Assembly (NCBI GenBank): GCA_014799575.1
Contig: JAAVHS010000015.1
Span: forward strand, 143,570-207,569
Origin: Clostridiales bacterium
GTDB taxonomy: Bacteria; Bacillota; Clostridia; Christensenellales; UBA3700
Reading direction: 5' to 3'
Length of the DNA: 64,000 bases
Part shown: positions 19,876-30,489 of the stretch, in pieces
Layout of the letters: the number at the start of each line of letters is the position of its first letter
Numbering within the stretch: the stretch's first letter is position 1
Notes under the pieces: generated by a model
Database searches by the model: none
The model's input: the letters and a program-made list of their open reading frames with translations, nothing else
What the model was told of the DNA's origin: nothing
Made by a program: the position numbers and the translations under genes

Positions 19876-19948
19876 GAAGGCGGGTATCCCGCTTCCGTAG
19901 TTTTTGGATTAGGCTCAAATGACTTTGACGGCAAATTGAGTCTAATCC
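19876..19948. other. Two intergenic hairpins upstream of the pilin-like gene
   Basis: gaaggcggg-tat-cccgcttc (19876-19895). ggattaggctcaa-17 nt-ttgagtctaatcc (19906-19948, 13-bp stem, one mismatch). Confidence 0.55.
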
Positions 19949-19993
19949 TTATCCTGCTTGCCTTTTGGGGTATTTTTAGCCCTAATTCTTCTA

Positions 19994-22900
19994 CTATTCT
20001 TCTATTGAATCTTCGCAGGTGTTGTCGTTGTTTTGGACGTTTTTGAACTTCTTTTTATAGACTGCTTTTTTGCCGAAAATAATTGCAACTACTATGCCTA
20101 CGGCAATTAAAATTCCAATCACAATCAGAGCTATTGCGCCGCCGTTCATTTGGTATTTAAGCACAAATTTGTACGTCTGTTCGTTGCCTAGTTCGTCTCT
20201 TACTCTTACTTCATAACTGCCGTATTCTTTGAGCTCATCGCCCAAGTTGTACTCAATTCGTTCTCCGTCTTTGTACACTTCAACTGTTCCTTCTTCTGAC
20301 AAATCAGTTATCGTTACCGTCACGTTACCCTTGCCACCGTTCGATATTCCGTTGAGATTGACTGTTGGCGCAGTAGTGTCAAGAGCAAGTTCAAAGGAAT
20401 ATTCTTTGCCGTCCGCTTCGCAAACTACAACGTACGTTCCGTCCACGGTAAAGTTCAATCTATTTCCGTCCGCCTGAACTGCTTCGCCGTCGAGCATAAT
20501 GGATTTAATCTTCACGTTGTTACCGAGCGTATAATCAAGCGCCGTTTTTGTACTCCTAATGATTTGGAACGATAAAGTTTTCTCATTGCCATAAAGGTCG
20601 TAAGCCGTAAGTTTATAAAGTCCTTCTTCTTTCAACGGCGATCCGATTTCATATCCATATTCCGTTCCGTTCCTTGTTACAATTAGATTGACCTTTTCTG
20701 ATGACGAAATGATAACGTCCTTGTTTGAAATTACCCCGTTTCCTATCGTTGCTTTCAAGTCCACAGACTTGTCGATAACGACTGAAATAGTTGTATTGTT
20801 GCCGTATTCATCGGAAATGCGAAAACTGTAAATACCCTCGTCCGAAATCACTTGTCCGAAATCAAAGTCATAAGGACTTCCGTTCTTCGTTGCGGTCACA
20901 GATAATGGCTCATTGTTGACGAGCATAACGTCTTTGTTTGTAACATCAATACCAACTGTTTGCGTATTGTTTATGAGAATGGCATAGTCAAGCGTTTTGT
21001 CTATGGCAAAGGTCTTAATGCTTTGAGTTCCTAAATCGTTAGTTGCCACTATCGTATATTCGCCTTCATCAGATAACGTAGCTCCGTTTTGCAATTCAAT
21101 GACTTCTGCGTTGTTTCGAGAATAGGTTACTTGTACAATATCGCTTGCCGTCCAAGTTACGATAACATTTTTATTTGTCGTTGTACCGTCTGCCACGCTC
21201 AATACAAATTCGGGTGCAAGCGTATTGATTATGAACGTATAGTCCGTATAGTTCTCTGTATCGGTCAAACGGATTAAGCGTACCATGTAATATCCGCTGT
21301 TTCTATCTCTTCCAAAGAAATAAATCTCGCCATTGTAGTTTGTCGCATAGTCTTGACCATCTTTGTTAACCGTTGCAAAATACTTCGTATTGTCGAATGA
21401 GAACACAACGTCTGTTTTCGTCTTACCACCGTTTTCCACTCCAATCAAATTGCCCGAAGGTAACGACTTGTTAAACACGTATTCTTTCATAATCATTCGG
21501 CCGAAATTATCTCGCAAGTTTATTGTGTAGTATCCTGCGCGATCAAACGTATAATAAAGTTTGTTTGTTGACACACCGGTAAGGATTTCGCCGTTTCTGC
21601 TAATTTCAAGAAATACAACTGTATCAAAGTTCTGTTCAAGTGTAATTGCAATATCAAATGCAGTGTCGTCGTCATTGTTTTGAATAGTTATTGTTGCAGG
21701 ATTGCCGACGATATAAACCGTAAATGAAAAGCCGTTTCCAAGTCTGTCATATACGCTTAAAAGGTATTCACCACCCTCTGTAAGACACGGCAACGTATCG
21801 CCAAATGTATAATAAGTTGTTACATCGGCACTTGTAACGGAAATTACTGACCACTTGTCCGCATCAATGATTTCGCCTACTTCAAAACTTACATAGTAGT
21901 AAGCCGCTGTACTCGTCAAACTTTCTTTTGAAATGTTCAACTCCTTTGCGGATTCATTTCCATAAATCGTTGCCAACACTTTAAGTTCGGGAGCAAATTT
22001 ATCAAGGATACCGAAGAATACCGTTTCATTTCCTGCTTCATCCATTTCCGTAAGTTTATAAAGACCGCCTACGGAAATCTGCTTATCAAAAGCTATTCCA
22101 TAATTGAGTTTAGTTCTCGTTCCACTTCCGACAAACTCGGCATACAAATCTACTCCGTCAACCATATCAAACACAACTCCATTAAGCGAAGGCGCATTCG
22201 TTCCGTCCGAAGATGTCAGCAAATTGTCCGTCATACTCTCAGCAGTATCGCCGTAAACATTGTCTCCGTTCCATACGAAGTGATTAGCGTCTGACACATA
22301 GTCTTTTGCATAAAATGCAATTACCTCGTTCAATAATTCACGGTCAAAGTAATACAAATAACTCTCTGCATTTGCACGGGATTTGTAAAGCCAATATTCG
22401 CCCGTCCTAACTTCGCTGTTGCCTGCAATCAAGTGATGCTGATTAAAGTCTCCTACGTCGTTGAGTGTAAGTACAGTAACGGCTTTATCAAATTCTTTGC
22501 TACTAGCAAACTCAAGCGCTTCCGTAAATGTTGCAAACGAATAATCATTTTGGTCAAATGAAACCTTATACCATTTTGAAATCTTCAATTCCGAGCAAAT
22601 TAATTTATCCGCATTGTAGGTAGGCGCAACAGTGTCAATTTCGATAACGTAAGTTGTCGTGTTATTCGCCAAGTCCGACAATACAAATGTATAAACGCCG
22701 TCCTCTGACAACACTGTATTTTTTTCATAGGCTTGTCCATTTACAGTAGCAAAATTATCCGTTCCGTCCCAAGTGAAATATACTTTTGTATTAGTTACAC
22801 TATCGCTTAGTACAGGTATATAATTTGCATATAATTGTCCCGTTGGCGCAGCTGTATCTATGTAGGCTATAAACGTACTGCGATTATTTGCAAGGTCGCA

Positions 22901-24955
22901 CAAAGCGACTGTATACATTCCGTCTGCCGTAAAGGTCTGACCACTTTTTAGTGGCTTAAATCCACTATTATTAAATGAATATTCGCCTGTTACTCCTGCT
23001 TCGGTAAACTTGAATGTAAGTGGCTTTTGCGTATATCCACCATTCTCAAGTTCTCTCCCATCTGTTTGCCAAATACCTTGTGGGGCAAGTTTATCTATTA
23101 CAACGGTAAACGTGCTTTCATTCCCTGCTCTGTCATTCAATATAAGATTGTAAACAGTTTCCGTACCTTCAGCCGTAACAAGTTCTTTGCCCTTATCACT
23201 TGAATATGATATAAATTCGGTATTGTTCCCTGCTTGTATTGTTGCGCCTGTATGGGCGCTATTTACTATCGCTGTATCATCTGAAAACGTTACCGTCTTA
23301 TCGGTGTTAAAGTACAGTGTTGAGCCGCTCTCATAGTAAATTCCATCAATTGCTATCGTAGGCTTTTGTTTGACAACGTGATAAGTAAATCCACCCACAA
23401 TACCTGTTGAACTTGTGACGGTAATTGTGTGGCTACCAGCATTATAAGAATCGTTAATTACAATATCAGTATTTAATGCGTGGTCTGATGAAACTCTACC
23501 CGATGACGTTGTACACTCAATTCTTAAAATGTCATTTAGATTCAAGTAAATATCCGTATCGTAACTTGCCGATGTCGAAAACGATTTACTAAATTCTTTC
23601 GTTCCGTTCCTATATATTTCGACAAGTGGGGGTTGCGTTTCAAGGTACACAGACGTGGTCTCAGAACGATTGCCAACCTTATCAACAGCATAGAAGTAGT
23701 ACCAACCGTCGCCCGCATTTACAGGAATAATTGAGCCTGATGAATAAGGCGTATAAATGCCACTGATAGGCGACTTATAATAAAGGCTATTTATTCCACT
23801 TTCTGTATCTGTAGCTATATAATAGAACGTGGAACTGATATAACTTCCATCTGCAACTGTTGTGCCGTTTGCATAAATCGTGCCTATGGGCGATGTTCCG
23901 TCGTAGTATATCGAAACAGTATCGCTCGTCTTGCCAAAAAGATCTTGTGAATAAGCATAATACCAACCATTTGCCGTTCCTATCGTATACGTTTTACTTG
24001 TGGTAGAAACATACTCGCCACTAGTCGGAGTCTTATAATATATTTTAGAAAAGAAATCCCCGTCTGCCGTAAATTTTACTCGTTGATTAGTACTGCTTCC
24101 ACTTGCCACTTGGCTTCCGCTTGTATCAGTTATTGAGATAGTTGGAACAGATTTTCTGATTTGGATTTTACCTCTTATTGTTGAATGCGCTTCATAGCAT
24201 TCCCAACCGCAATAGAATAAGAATCCGTTTTCAGGCACCATATATTGATTATCTGTCCACAGATATACCCTTTGAATTGTTATCGTATAATCCCCATCAG
24301 GCAAATTTACAAGATGCCTTCCAAAAAAACTCGGCGACAATCGTATTAAATCTTCATCAGTACTTTCTTTCCAAACATATTGTTCGCCGTTAAGGTATGA
24401 ATCAAAGTAATAATTACAGTATTCAAAATTATAATCCTCCTCAAATGTGCCAAAATATTCTACAGAAAAGACAGTATCTCCCGCGCTGTTTTGAATACCA
24501 AAGTAATAATCCGTATCAATATATGCGTAAGATCGAGACGATACTTGCAATGGTGTGGCACTATTAAAATCAATATAAAAAGAATTTCCATTCAATTTTA
24601 CTGTATTTGTATTTGTTGTCGTACCTGTTGCATTATCATTCGTAGAATAAAACTTAATACCTGTATTAACCGATTTGCTCTCGGTAAAATCCACATCCAC
24701 ATATTTCGTGTGGCTTACCTCTTCTGTACCGGTAAAAGTTTGTGTTGATACTATGTCTGTTGACGCTGATGCCTTTTCGGTATTCAATGTCCCAACAATG
24801 CAACAAAGCAAAACTGAAACAATAATTAGCAATGCGCCAATAAATATTTTTGATTTTATCTTTGTTTTCAAATGTTCCCTCCTTTTACTTTTTTTCAACT
24901 CGGATTTCTCCGTTTTGTGTCTCTTCAAGTCGAGCAATCGCATTTTGAATTCCAC
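19994..24955 (-). CDS. Giant membrane-anchored surface protein with ~10 Ig-like repeats (putative mating or adhesion protein)
   Basis: 1653 aa. N-terminal TM/signal and C-terminal TM anchor (IALIVIGILIAVGIVVAIIF). Recurring ~90-aa repeat ending D..GN.s.f.v.iDk.aP, e.g. LNDRAGNESTFTVVIDKLAP and LSDLANNTTTYVIEIDTVAP. Confidence 0.75.
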   Translation of the reverse strand: MEFKMRLLDLKRHKTEKSELKKSKRREHLKTKIKSKIFIGALLIIVSVLLCCIVGTLNTEKASASTDIVSTQTFTGTEEVSHTKYVDVDFTESKSVNTGIKFYSTNDNATGTTTNTNTVKLNGNSFYIDFNSATPLQVSSRSYAYIDTDYYFGIQNSAGDTVFSVEYFGTFEEDYNFEYCNYYFDSYLNGEQYVWKESTDEDLIRLSPSFFGRHLVNLPDGDYTITIQRVYLWTDNQYMVPENGFLFYCGWECYEAHSTIRGKIQIRKSVPTISITDTSGSQVASGSSTNQRVKFTADGDFFSKIYYKTPTSGEYVSTTSKTYTIGTANGWYYAYSQDLFGKTSDTVSIYYDGTSPIGTIYANGTTVADGSYISSTFYYIATDTESGINSLYYKSPISGIYTPYSSGSIIPVNAGDGWYYFYAVDKVGNRSETTSVYLETQPPLVEIYRNGTKEFSKSFSTSASYDTDIYLNLNDILRIECTTSSGRVSSDHALNTDIVINDSYNAGSHTITVTSSTGIVGGFTYHVVKQKPTIAIDGIYYESGSTLYFNTDKTVTFSDDTAIVNSAHTGATIQAGNNTEFISYSSDKGKELVTAEGTETVYNLILNDRAGNESTFTVVIDKLAPQGIWQTDGRELENGGYTQKPLTFKFTEAGVTGEYSFNNSGFKPLKSGQTFTADGMYTVALCDLANNRSTFIAYIDTAAPTGQLYANYIPVLSDSVTNTKVYFTWDGTDNFATVNGQAYEKNTVLSEDGVYTFVLSDLANNTTTYVIEIDTVAPTYNADKLICSELKISKWYKVSFDQNDYSFATFTEALEFASSKEFDKAVTVLTLNDVGDFNQHHLIAGNSEVRTGEYWLYKSRANAESYLYYFDRELLNEVIAFYAKDYVSDANHFVWNGDNVYGDTAESMTDNLLTSSDGTNAPSLNGVVFDMVDGVDLYAEFVGSGTRTKLNYGIAFDKQISVGGLYKLTEMDEAGNETVFFGILDKFAPELKVLATIYGNESAKELNISKESLTSTAAYYYVSFEVGEIIDADKWSVISVTSADVTTYYTFGDTLPCLTEGGEYLLSVYDRLGNGFSFTVYIVGNPATITIQNNDDDTAFDIAITLEQNFDTVVFLEISRNGEILTGVSTNKLYYTFDRAGYYTINLRDNFGRMIMKEYVFNKSLPSGNLIGVENGGKTKTDVVFSFDNTKYFATVNKDGQDYATNYNGEIYFFGRDRNSGYYMVRLIRLTDTENYTDYTFIINTLAPEFVLSVADGTTTNKNVIVTWTASDIVQVTYSRNNAEVIELQNGATLSDEGEYTIVATNDLGTQSIKTFAIDKTLDYAILINNTQTVGIDVTNKDVMLVNNEPLSVTATKNGSPYDFDFGQVISDEGIYSFRISDEYGNNTTISVVIDKSVDLKATIGNGVISNKDVIISSSEKVNLIVTRNGTEYGYEIGSPLKEEGLYKLTAYDLYGNEKTLSFQIIRSTKTALDYTLGNNVKIKSIMLDGEAVQADGNRLNFTVDGTYVVVCEADGKEYSFELALDTTAPTVNLNGISNGGKGNVTVTITDLSEEGTVEVYKDGERIEYNLGDELKEYGSYEVRVRDELGNEQTYKFVLKYQMNGGAIALIVIGILIAVGIVVAIIFGKKAVYKKKFKNVQNNDNTCEDSIEE

Positions 24956-27146
24956 TTATATGCTCGATGTCATTGACACGTTCTGCTATCTGTTTCAATT
25001 GCGTAATAGCCTTATCGTATTGACGAGACTGCACTTTCATAAATAAGTCTCCCAATTCCTGTTCTGTAGCTATTCCTTGCACCCCATTTGCGACAATCAT
25101 TTGTAATTTTTCAGTTATACTTGCTTGTCTACGTCGCTCTGCGATTTGCTCTCTAACAGATCCACCGCTATTGCTCTTACGACGTGTAGCACTTACAATA
25201 GCATTTCGTGCTTTCATATCGTAGAATGCTGCCGCCTCATCAAAGTATCTACCAACTAAAAGTTCTTGTTCGCTCATCTTCAAATCGTAAAATTTACTTT
25301 GGTAACTCGGCGTAAACTTTGCTTTTATAGGCTGATAACCAAACACTGTTACAATCGCATTACCCATATTGCCTTTACTGTTGAGTTGTTGCAACTCTGA
25401 CGGATATATCAGCGGACGTTCTTTCACACTTGTGTTTGAGTTGACGTCATCTGCACGAACAGTATTAAAACCTACCGAGCGTTGAACAATACTGTAATTA
25501 CCGCACCTCTTGGAAAACTCTTCTATCGTTTTATAATCAGTTGTACCTATAAAGATTTGCGTATTACAGTTACTCTTGATAATATCTGCCGATTTCTCAT
25601 CATAAACTTTTGCAAGTTGGGCATAACTCTGAACTACAAGGTTGAGCCAAATGTTTCGGCTACGTCCGACCGTAATCATTTGTTCCAACTTATGTATCTG
25701 CGGAAGTTGTCCAAACTCGTCCAAGATGAAATAGACTGGTCTTGGCAATGACAACGTAGGATAATCATTTGCCTTGCGCACCAACTCTTTGTACGCTTGC
25801 AATATGACCATCGCTGCTAACGTGTGTCTGGTCTCTTTTTCATCAGGTATTTGCAAGAACAATGCAATCGGTTTTTCTCCCATCTCAGCAAATTCAATTT
25901 CGTTCTGGCTAGTCAAAGCGCAAAGCGATAGATCTGCGAACATTGAGAGCTTGTCAAACGTACTCGAAAGATAACTACCTCTCGTTTTATCCGAGCTATC
26001 CAACACTTGCTTTGAAAGTGACACTGCTTTTGACAACGGACTTCTCCCTTTAAAGTAGTTAAGCAATTCTGTACACTCATCGTCTGTGCTAGTTGCAACT
26101 TTCATCAACGAATAGAAGTTGTATTTTTCTTTCGTCATGTTCAGTTCTGGGTTTGCGCAATCTTCGAGCATAGCAAGAGCGATTGCAAGTACAAAGTTTC
26201 TTGCGCCACCCTCCCACATAGGCTCGTTCTTGTTTGTGATTGGACAAAGGACCGTTATAATATCATGCAAATCTTCATATACAATGTCACTGAGTTGCTG
26301 TTTCTTTACTTGAACTGCTGCGTCCTTATCTTTGGGATTGTAATACTCTTTCCCTTCGAACTCGTACGTCCCCCTGTCCTCGTGAATAATTACTTCCTTT
26401 TCTAAGTTCAACATTCGGGTATAGTTTAGGTATGCGCTTTCCATTGGATTCCATCTAACCGAGTTATATGGGTTACGCAAGTCCAAAATCTTTACGGTGT
26501 ATCCCTCGCCCTTGAGCTTTTTTGCATGCATTTGATACAGTTCGCCTTTTGGATCGGATATTATCATTGACGGCTTCGTCTTGCTTGTTGCAAGTATTTG
26601 GATTGTTGGATTAACAAACGTCGTTGTCTTACCACTACCAGTAGTACCTATTGCCAATGCGTGCGTAGATGGCGAAAAAGTGACTTTAAGTCTTTGCTTT
26701 TCTTCATACGCAATTATAGGTATTCCCTTGACCTCTGTGTTTGGTAATTCGTCATAGTAAACCGTTTGAAAGTTCTTTGCAATTTCCGTTTCCGTCTCAA
26801 ATCGTGCTTGTTCAAGATTCGCTGCAATATGCTTGTCTCGTTCCTTGCCCTTAATGATATTTTTGGAATTGAATATCCAATAATGCGTGTAGTAGTAATA
26901 CAACGCAAAGAATAGGAATAATCCACAAAGCACTCCCGAATACAAGAACGTTTTGCCGTCAAAGAGCAAGCGAGCCGAAATCTTGAGATGAAATCCCGCC
27001 GCAATAAAGCAGTTAATCGAAAATCCAAAAACATAACTACTTAAAATTACTCCCCCTAAAATCAAAAACCATTTCAAAATACTTTTTCGCCTATTCGAAA
27101 GCATTAAAAATAACTGCCTTACTTTTCCCTTTACCCAATTTCTCAT
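24885..27146 (-). CDS. Type IV coupling protein (VirD4/TraG family)
   Basis: 753 aa. N-terminal TM helices, Walker A GTTGSGKTT, Walker B FILDEFGQL. Start overlaps the relaxase stop. Confidence 0.85.
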   Translation of the reverse strand: MRNWVKGKVRQLFLMLSNRRKSILKWFLILGGVILSSYVFGFSINCFIAAGFHLKISARLLFDGKTFLYSGVLCGLFLFFALYYYYTHYWIFNSKNIIKGKERDKHIAANLEQARFETETEIAKNFQTVYYDELPNTEVKGIPIIAYEEKQRLKVTFSPSTHALAIGTTGSGKTTTFVNPTIQILATSKTKPSMIISDPKGELYQMHAKKLKGEGYTVKILDLRNPYNSVRWNPMESAYLNYTRMLNLEKEVIIHEDRGTYEFEGKEYYNPKDKDAAVQVKKQQLSDIVYEDLHDIITVLCPITNKNEPMWEGGARNFVLAIALAMLEDCANPELNMTKEKYNFYSLMKVATSTDDECTELLNYFKGRSPLSKAVSLSKQVLDSSDKTRGSYLSSTFDKLSMFADLSLCALTSQNEIEFAEMGEKPIALFLQIPDEKETRHTLAAMVILQAYKELVRKANDYPTLSLPRPVYFILDEFGQLPQIHKLEQMITVGRSRNIWLNLVVQSYAQLAKVYDEKSADIIKSNCNTQIFIGTTDYKTIEEFSKRCGNYSIVQRSVGFNTVRADDVNSNTSVKERPLIYPSELQQLNSKGNMGNAIVTVFGYQPIKAKFTPSYQSKFYDLKMSEQELLVGRYFDEAAAFYDMKARNAIVSATRRKSNSGGSVREQIAERRRQASITEKLQMIVANGVQGIATEQELGDLFMKVQSRQYDKAITQLKQIAERVNDIEHISGIQNAIARLEETQNGEIRVEKK

Positions 27147-28360
27147 TCGGCTTCTATCTCTCCTTCCTCAACTAATCTTTCATAATTTGCTTTTGCTAAC
27201 CGACGTCTATACTCTTCAAAGCAATTTATAGCTTCATCATCAACGTCTGCGACTATCCGCAATGATTTTCCTAACAGATAGCTCCTGTATTTTTTTGCTA
27301 TATGTTTTTTTGCTAATTCAGTCTTACATCTCTTTACCTCCCTATCGTCTTTTTGTTTTATATGCAATGCGAACTTTATGACTTTGTCGCCAAGTCGCCT
27401 GTATATATCCGTAATGTATTTTTCACTTATTAGATACTTGCTCGGATTATCTATTTTTTGCTCTTCACAAATACGCCTTCTATTAGCGTCAAATCTCGCT
27501 AAATCCGTGCAAAACGTGTCAAAATCAATCTTCAAGTTTGGATTGTTCTTGATAATGAAATTGACAATATCATTTACTTGCGGACGAAGTTTGTCCATAT
27601 TTTTACTTCCGTAACTGACACGGCCGTCTAATGGCAATGCTCGATATAATGCTAGCAATCTTTTCTTCAATTCTCTTTCATAGTCATTTAGTCCTTGCAA
27701 ATGAAACAGTGTATCGTGAACGGACTCGGTTAGGTTACGACGGCTACGCTTTAAGTCAAAGTTGGCATCTGTCAATCGTTCTTCAATCTTCATGCGGAAC
27801 ATACTAAGTTCCTCTTGTCCTATCGTGCCGTATCGATAACGTTTCGTTGCCCCATTTTCCTTAGTGAATAGCGGTTCTTTCTCGAAGAAACCTAAATGTA
27901 TGTGTTGGTTATCTGTGTTTTCGTGTAACCCTGCATACCAAATTACATTGTCAGTTGAGATTCCTATACTGCGAAAGAAATTCGGCAATTCAGCGTTCAA
28001 TAATTCCAAGGCATCTTTATAGGATGTCATATACTTGCCACCGAAATCTTCTGTAAAACTAATTACAGCGTGCCATATATTGCTGTCAGTTGACCGAAGC
28101 ATAGCTCGTAAATCTCGTATCGCTCTTTTTGTGAGTAATCCATTTGCTCCAAATAATCCGCTACTCTTTTCTTCGTTGCCTGCATATCCGAGAAAATCCC
28201 CCTCATCTATTCCCTCATTGACATATTTGAGTATGTCATAATGTTGCCGACAAGCATAAAACTGCCGTTCCGCAATATATCTCGGTTTCATAGAAAAACG
28301 ATTCATTGTGTCATTATTCGGAGCATACCCCATAATTACTACGACATTGGGATTGCCCAT
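27143..28360 (-). CDS. Relaxase (MobA/VirD2-type HUH nuclease)
   Basis: 405 aa. Histidine-triad-like HENTDNQHIHLGF. Lies directly upstream of, and overlaps, the T4CP gene. Confidence 0.7.
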   Translation of the reverse strand: MGNPNVVVIMGYAPNNDTMNRFSMKPRYIAERQFYACRQHYDILKYVNEGIDEGDFLGYAGNEEKSSGLFGANGLLTKRAIRDLRAMLRSTDSNIWHAVISFTEDFGGKYMTSYKDALELLNAELPNFFRSIGISTDNVIWYAGLHENTDNQHIHLGFFEKEPLFTKENGATKRYRYGTIGQEELSMFRMKIEERLTDANFDLKRSRRNLTESVHDTLFHLQGLNDYERELKKRLLALYRALPLDGRVSYGSKNMDKLRPQVNDIVNFIIKNNPNLKIDFDTFCTDLARFDANRRRICEEQKIDNPSKYLISEKYITDIYRRLGDKVIKFALHIKQKDDREVKRCKTELAKKHIAKKYRSYLLGKSLRIVADVDDEAINCFEEYRRRLAKANYERLVEEGEIEAE

Positions 28361-28363
28361 AGA

Positions 28364-28897
28364 TTATTTGTTTAATATACCCGGTATATCTTCCGAATCG
28401 CCGTCATCTTCTTCGTCATCAAGCCACAAATCGTCAAGCAATTCTGTCAAAAGTTCGACAAATCTTTTTGGCACATCGTCCATATACCCTATCTCTATCT
28501 GCGTTCTTGTAATAGGCTCGTCCGTTGCAATAGCCAAAAGAATGTTATATATGCAAGATGACATCTTCTCTGACATTTTGAGATGAGCCAACAAGCCTTC
28601 AACGTGCTTCTTATTGTAATCTTGCATACCCGAAATCATCTCTTTGAGTTGTTTGAGCATTACAGCAATATCGTCCTTGTTATTGCACGTTGGTATAATT
28701 GCGCTTGCTCCGACAGGTGAATCTGGCGGTGGCGTAAGATCTTTCATCTTATCTTTAATTCCACGTTCCAAGAGTTCGACAATCAACTGATTCTTCGTCT
28801 GATAGCGATTTTTACTCAACTTAAAAATCGTGTTCAAGCTCTCAATGAGCTTCGTGTCGTAAATCCTTACTGTTAGTTTGGTTTCAAATTGTTTCAT
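28364..28897 (-). CDS. Putative relaxosome accessory protein (MobC/RHH-like, tentative)
   Basis: 177 aa immediately upstream of the relaxase. The N-terminal beta-strand/helix pattern KLTVRIYDTKLIESLNTI is RHH-like. Acidic C-terminus. Confidence 0.35.
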   Translation of the reverse strand: MKQFETKLTVRIYDTKLIESLNTIFKLSKNRYQTKNQLIVELLERGIKDKMKDLTPPPDSPVGASAIIPTCNNKDDIAVMLKQLKEMISGMQDYNKKHVEGLLAHLKMSEKMSSCIYNILLAIATDEPITRTQIEIGYMDDVPKRFVELLTELLDDLWLDDEEDDGDSEDIPGILNK

Positions 28898-28913
28898 ATA
28901 TATTCTCCTTTAT

Positions 28914-29312
28914 TTAAAATATTATTTTTTTTAGTGATTCAAAAAAGTTGCGAATTACGCTTTGTAACTGCTCTTGCTTGTATCCGTGTACCGACATAAG
29001 GTAACGAATTGATTTATCATCACGGAAAAGGTCGTAAAGTATCTTTCCGTGTTCTACTGGTACTTTTACAATCTGGTTATGAATTAGATCTTCATATCCT
29101 TGCTCTTCCAAGACATCTTCAAAAACATAGATAAACTCTGAGTCCATTACTACAAGCTCGTTCTCAATTCTTCCGCGATATGCTTTTCGCATTTTAGCAA
29201 TGTGCTTTTGAAAATTGATTCTTCCGCGAGTTTGTAAAATAAGTTTACCTAACTTTTCATTGACGGGAACATACATTTCCATATCCCCTATTACTGCATT
29301 TATGTATTCCAT
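28914..29312 (-). CDS. Hypothetical protein
   Basis: 132-aa ORF with a GGAGG RBS. First gene of the mob operon. Confidence 0.5.
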   Translation of the reverse strand: MEYINAVIGDMEMYVPVNEKLGKLILQTRGRINFQKHIAKMRKAYRGRIENELVVMDSEFIYVFEDVLEEQGYEDLIHNQIVKVPVEHGKILYDLFRDDKSIRYLMSVHGYKQEQLQSVIRNFFESLKKIIF

Positions 29313-29399
29313 TTCTACCTCCTGACGGGAATTATTTTTGTACCCCTCACCTATTAGAGAAAAATTGGGGGTTTCTCAAGTAGTTTTTCGAAAAAAAGT

Positions 29400-29825
29400 T
29401 TAAATTTTTTTTAAAATCTTTCTTAATCGAGCGTAAAGGTGCTCCATTCTATCTGATATTGCTTGATCAGATACCCCTTCTTCTTTTGCAATTTCTGCCT
29501 GAGACATATTCGAAACAAAAATTTTATGTATCGTCTTTCGTTGTATATCTGTTAGCTTTGGTAGTGCCGCCCTCATCTTACGTATCAAAACTGATCTCGC
29601 CGCTTGCTCTTCTCTTTCAATTAATATCTTTTCTATGTCTGCATTCTCATCTACGAAGTCATGACCTGCGTCTGTAATCTTATCAAGCGAAGTTGTATAA
29701 TAACTTTCATACGCATTACTACGCCACTCTTCTTGCAAACTATCTCGATATTGCATTGCTATCTCTTCCGAGACTTCTACCGAAATTTTTTTACCACTCG
29801 CATTTTCTAAATAAATTTTTGCCAT
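29400..29825 (-). CDS. Sigma-70 region-4 type HTH regulator
   Basis: Start moved to MAKIYLEN (ATG 29823-29825, GGAGG 8 nt upstream), giving 141 aa. LTDIQRKTIHKIFVSNMSQAEIAKEEGVSDQAISDRMEHLYARLRKIL fits a sigma r4 / LuxR-like HTH. Confidence 0.7.
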   Translation of the reverse strand: MAKIYLENASGKKISVEVSEEIAMQYRDSLQEEWRSNAYESYYTTSLDKITDAGHDFVDENADIEKILIEREEQAARSVLIRKMRAALPKLTDIQRKTIHKIFVSNMSQAEIAKEEGVSDQAISDRMEHLYARLRKILKKI

Positions 29826-29938
29826 TTGGAAATACCTCCGATTTTTTTGTTTTTGATTTCGAAAATCGCAATCGGTAAGTATTAGCCACAAAAAATCCTT
29901 GTTTATGGAAGAAATTCGGTGTAAATTGCAACTAAAAT

Positions 29939-29980
29939 AAAAAAATACCCGATTGCGTGGATAACTCCAAACAATCGGGT
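29939..29980 (-). terminator. Rho-independent terminator
   Basis: Perfect 9-bp inverted repeat acccgattg / caatcgggt with a 16-nt loop. On the minus strand it is followed by AUUUUUUU. Confidence 0.55.
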
Positions 29981-30152
29981 ATAACTGCAACAACAAAAGA
30001 AGCCTGTCAAATAGAATAAACCCTAAGCAGGAATTATCTATCTGTCAGACTCCTCTTGACCTATCTCATCAAGTCCAATCTCATAACAAGATGTTAGCGA
30101 CGGCGTTCAACGGAATCCCGTCGCCCAAAATATTCATTTGTAATTTTCTAAT

Positions 30153-30338
30153 TTAAGCGTTTGCTCTCACTAGCTTGTCCTTTTGTGGTTGTAATGGCTT
30201 GTCACTTATATGTAAATTATCATTTTCTATTATTACATAAGCAAACTTACCACACTTCGGGCATTCGAGTTCAACTTTTGTTCCCGACTCACCCTTGCAG
30301 AGCCTTTTGCCACAATTTGGGCACATAGCGTACTTCAT
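30153..30338 (-). CDS. Small zinc-ribbon protein (Cys-rich, KTR-like)
   Basis: Start at MKYAMCPNCGK (GGAGG 9 nt upstream), giving 61 aa. Two CxxC pairs (CPNCG, CPKCG). Confidence 0.6.
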   Translation of the reverse strand: MKYAMCPNCGKRLCKGESGTKVELECPKCGKFAYVIIENDNLHISDKPLQPQKDKLVRANA

Positions 30339-30489
30339 ACTAATAAACCTCCATTTCCCCCAAAACAAGCATCTTTGAATTTAATATACCACTATGTTAC
30401 GGTTGGGGATTCCTATAACGCAGTACATCAAATGCTCGTCCAATATATATATCTTGTTGCAATGGGGCTGTATGCAACTTAATATTTAA

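Noticed and set aside
19994-24955. Two ORFs of exactly 1653 aa (19994-24955 and 30829-35790), which might have been a duplication
   Set aside because: The sequences and domain content are unrelated: Ig-repeat adhesin versus GLUG/glycine-rich protein. The equal length is coincidental.
29947-29980. Perfect 9-bp inverted repeat as a candidate oriT near the mob genes
   Set aside because: On the coding strand it is followed by a U-run, and it sits right after a gene. An intrinsic terminator is the simpler explanation. oriT remains unlocated.
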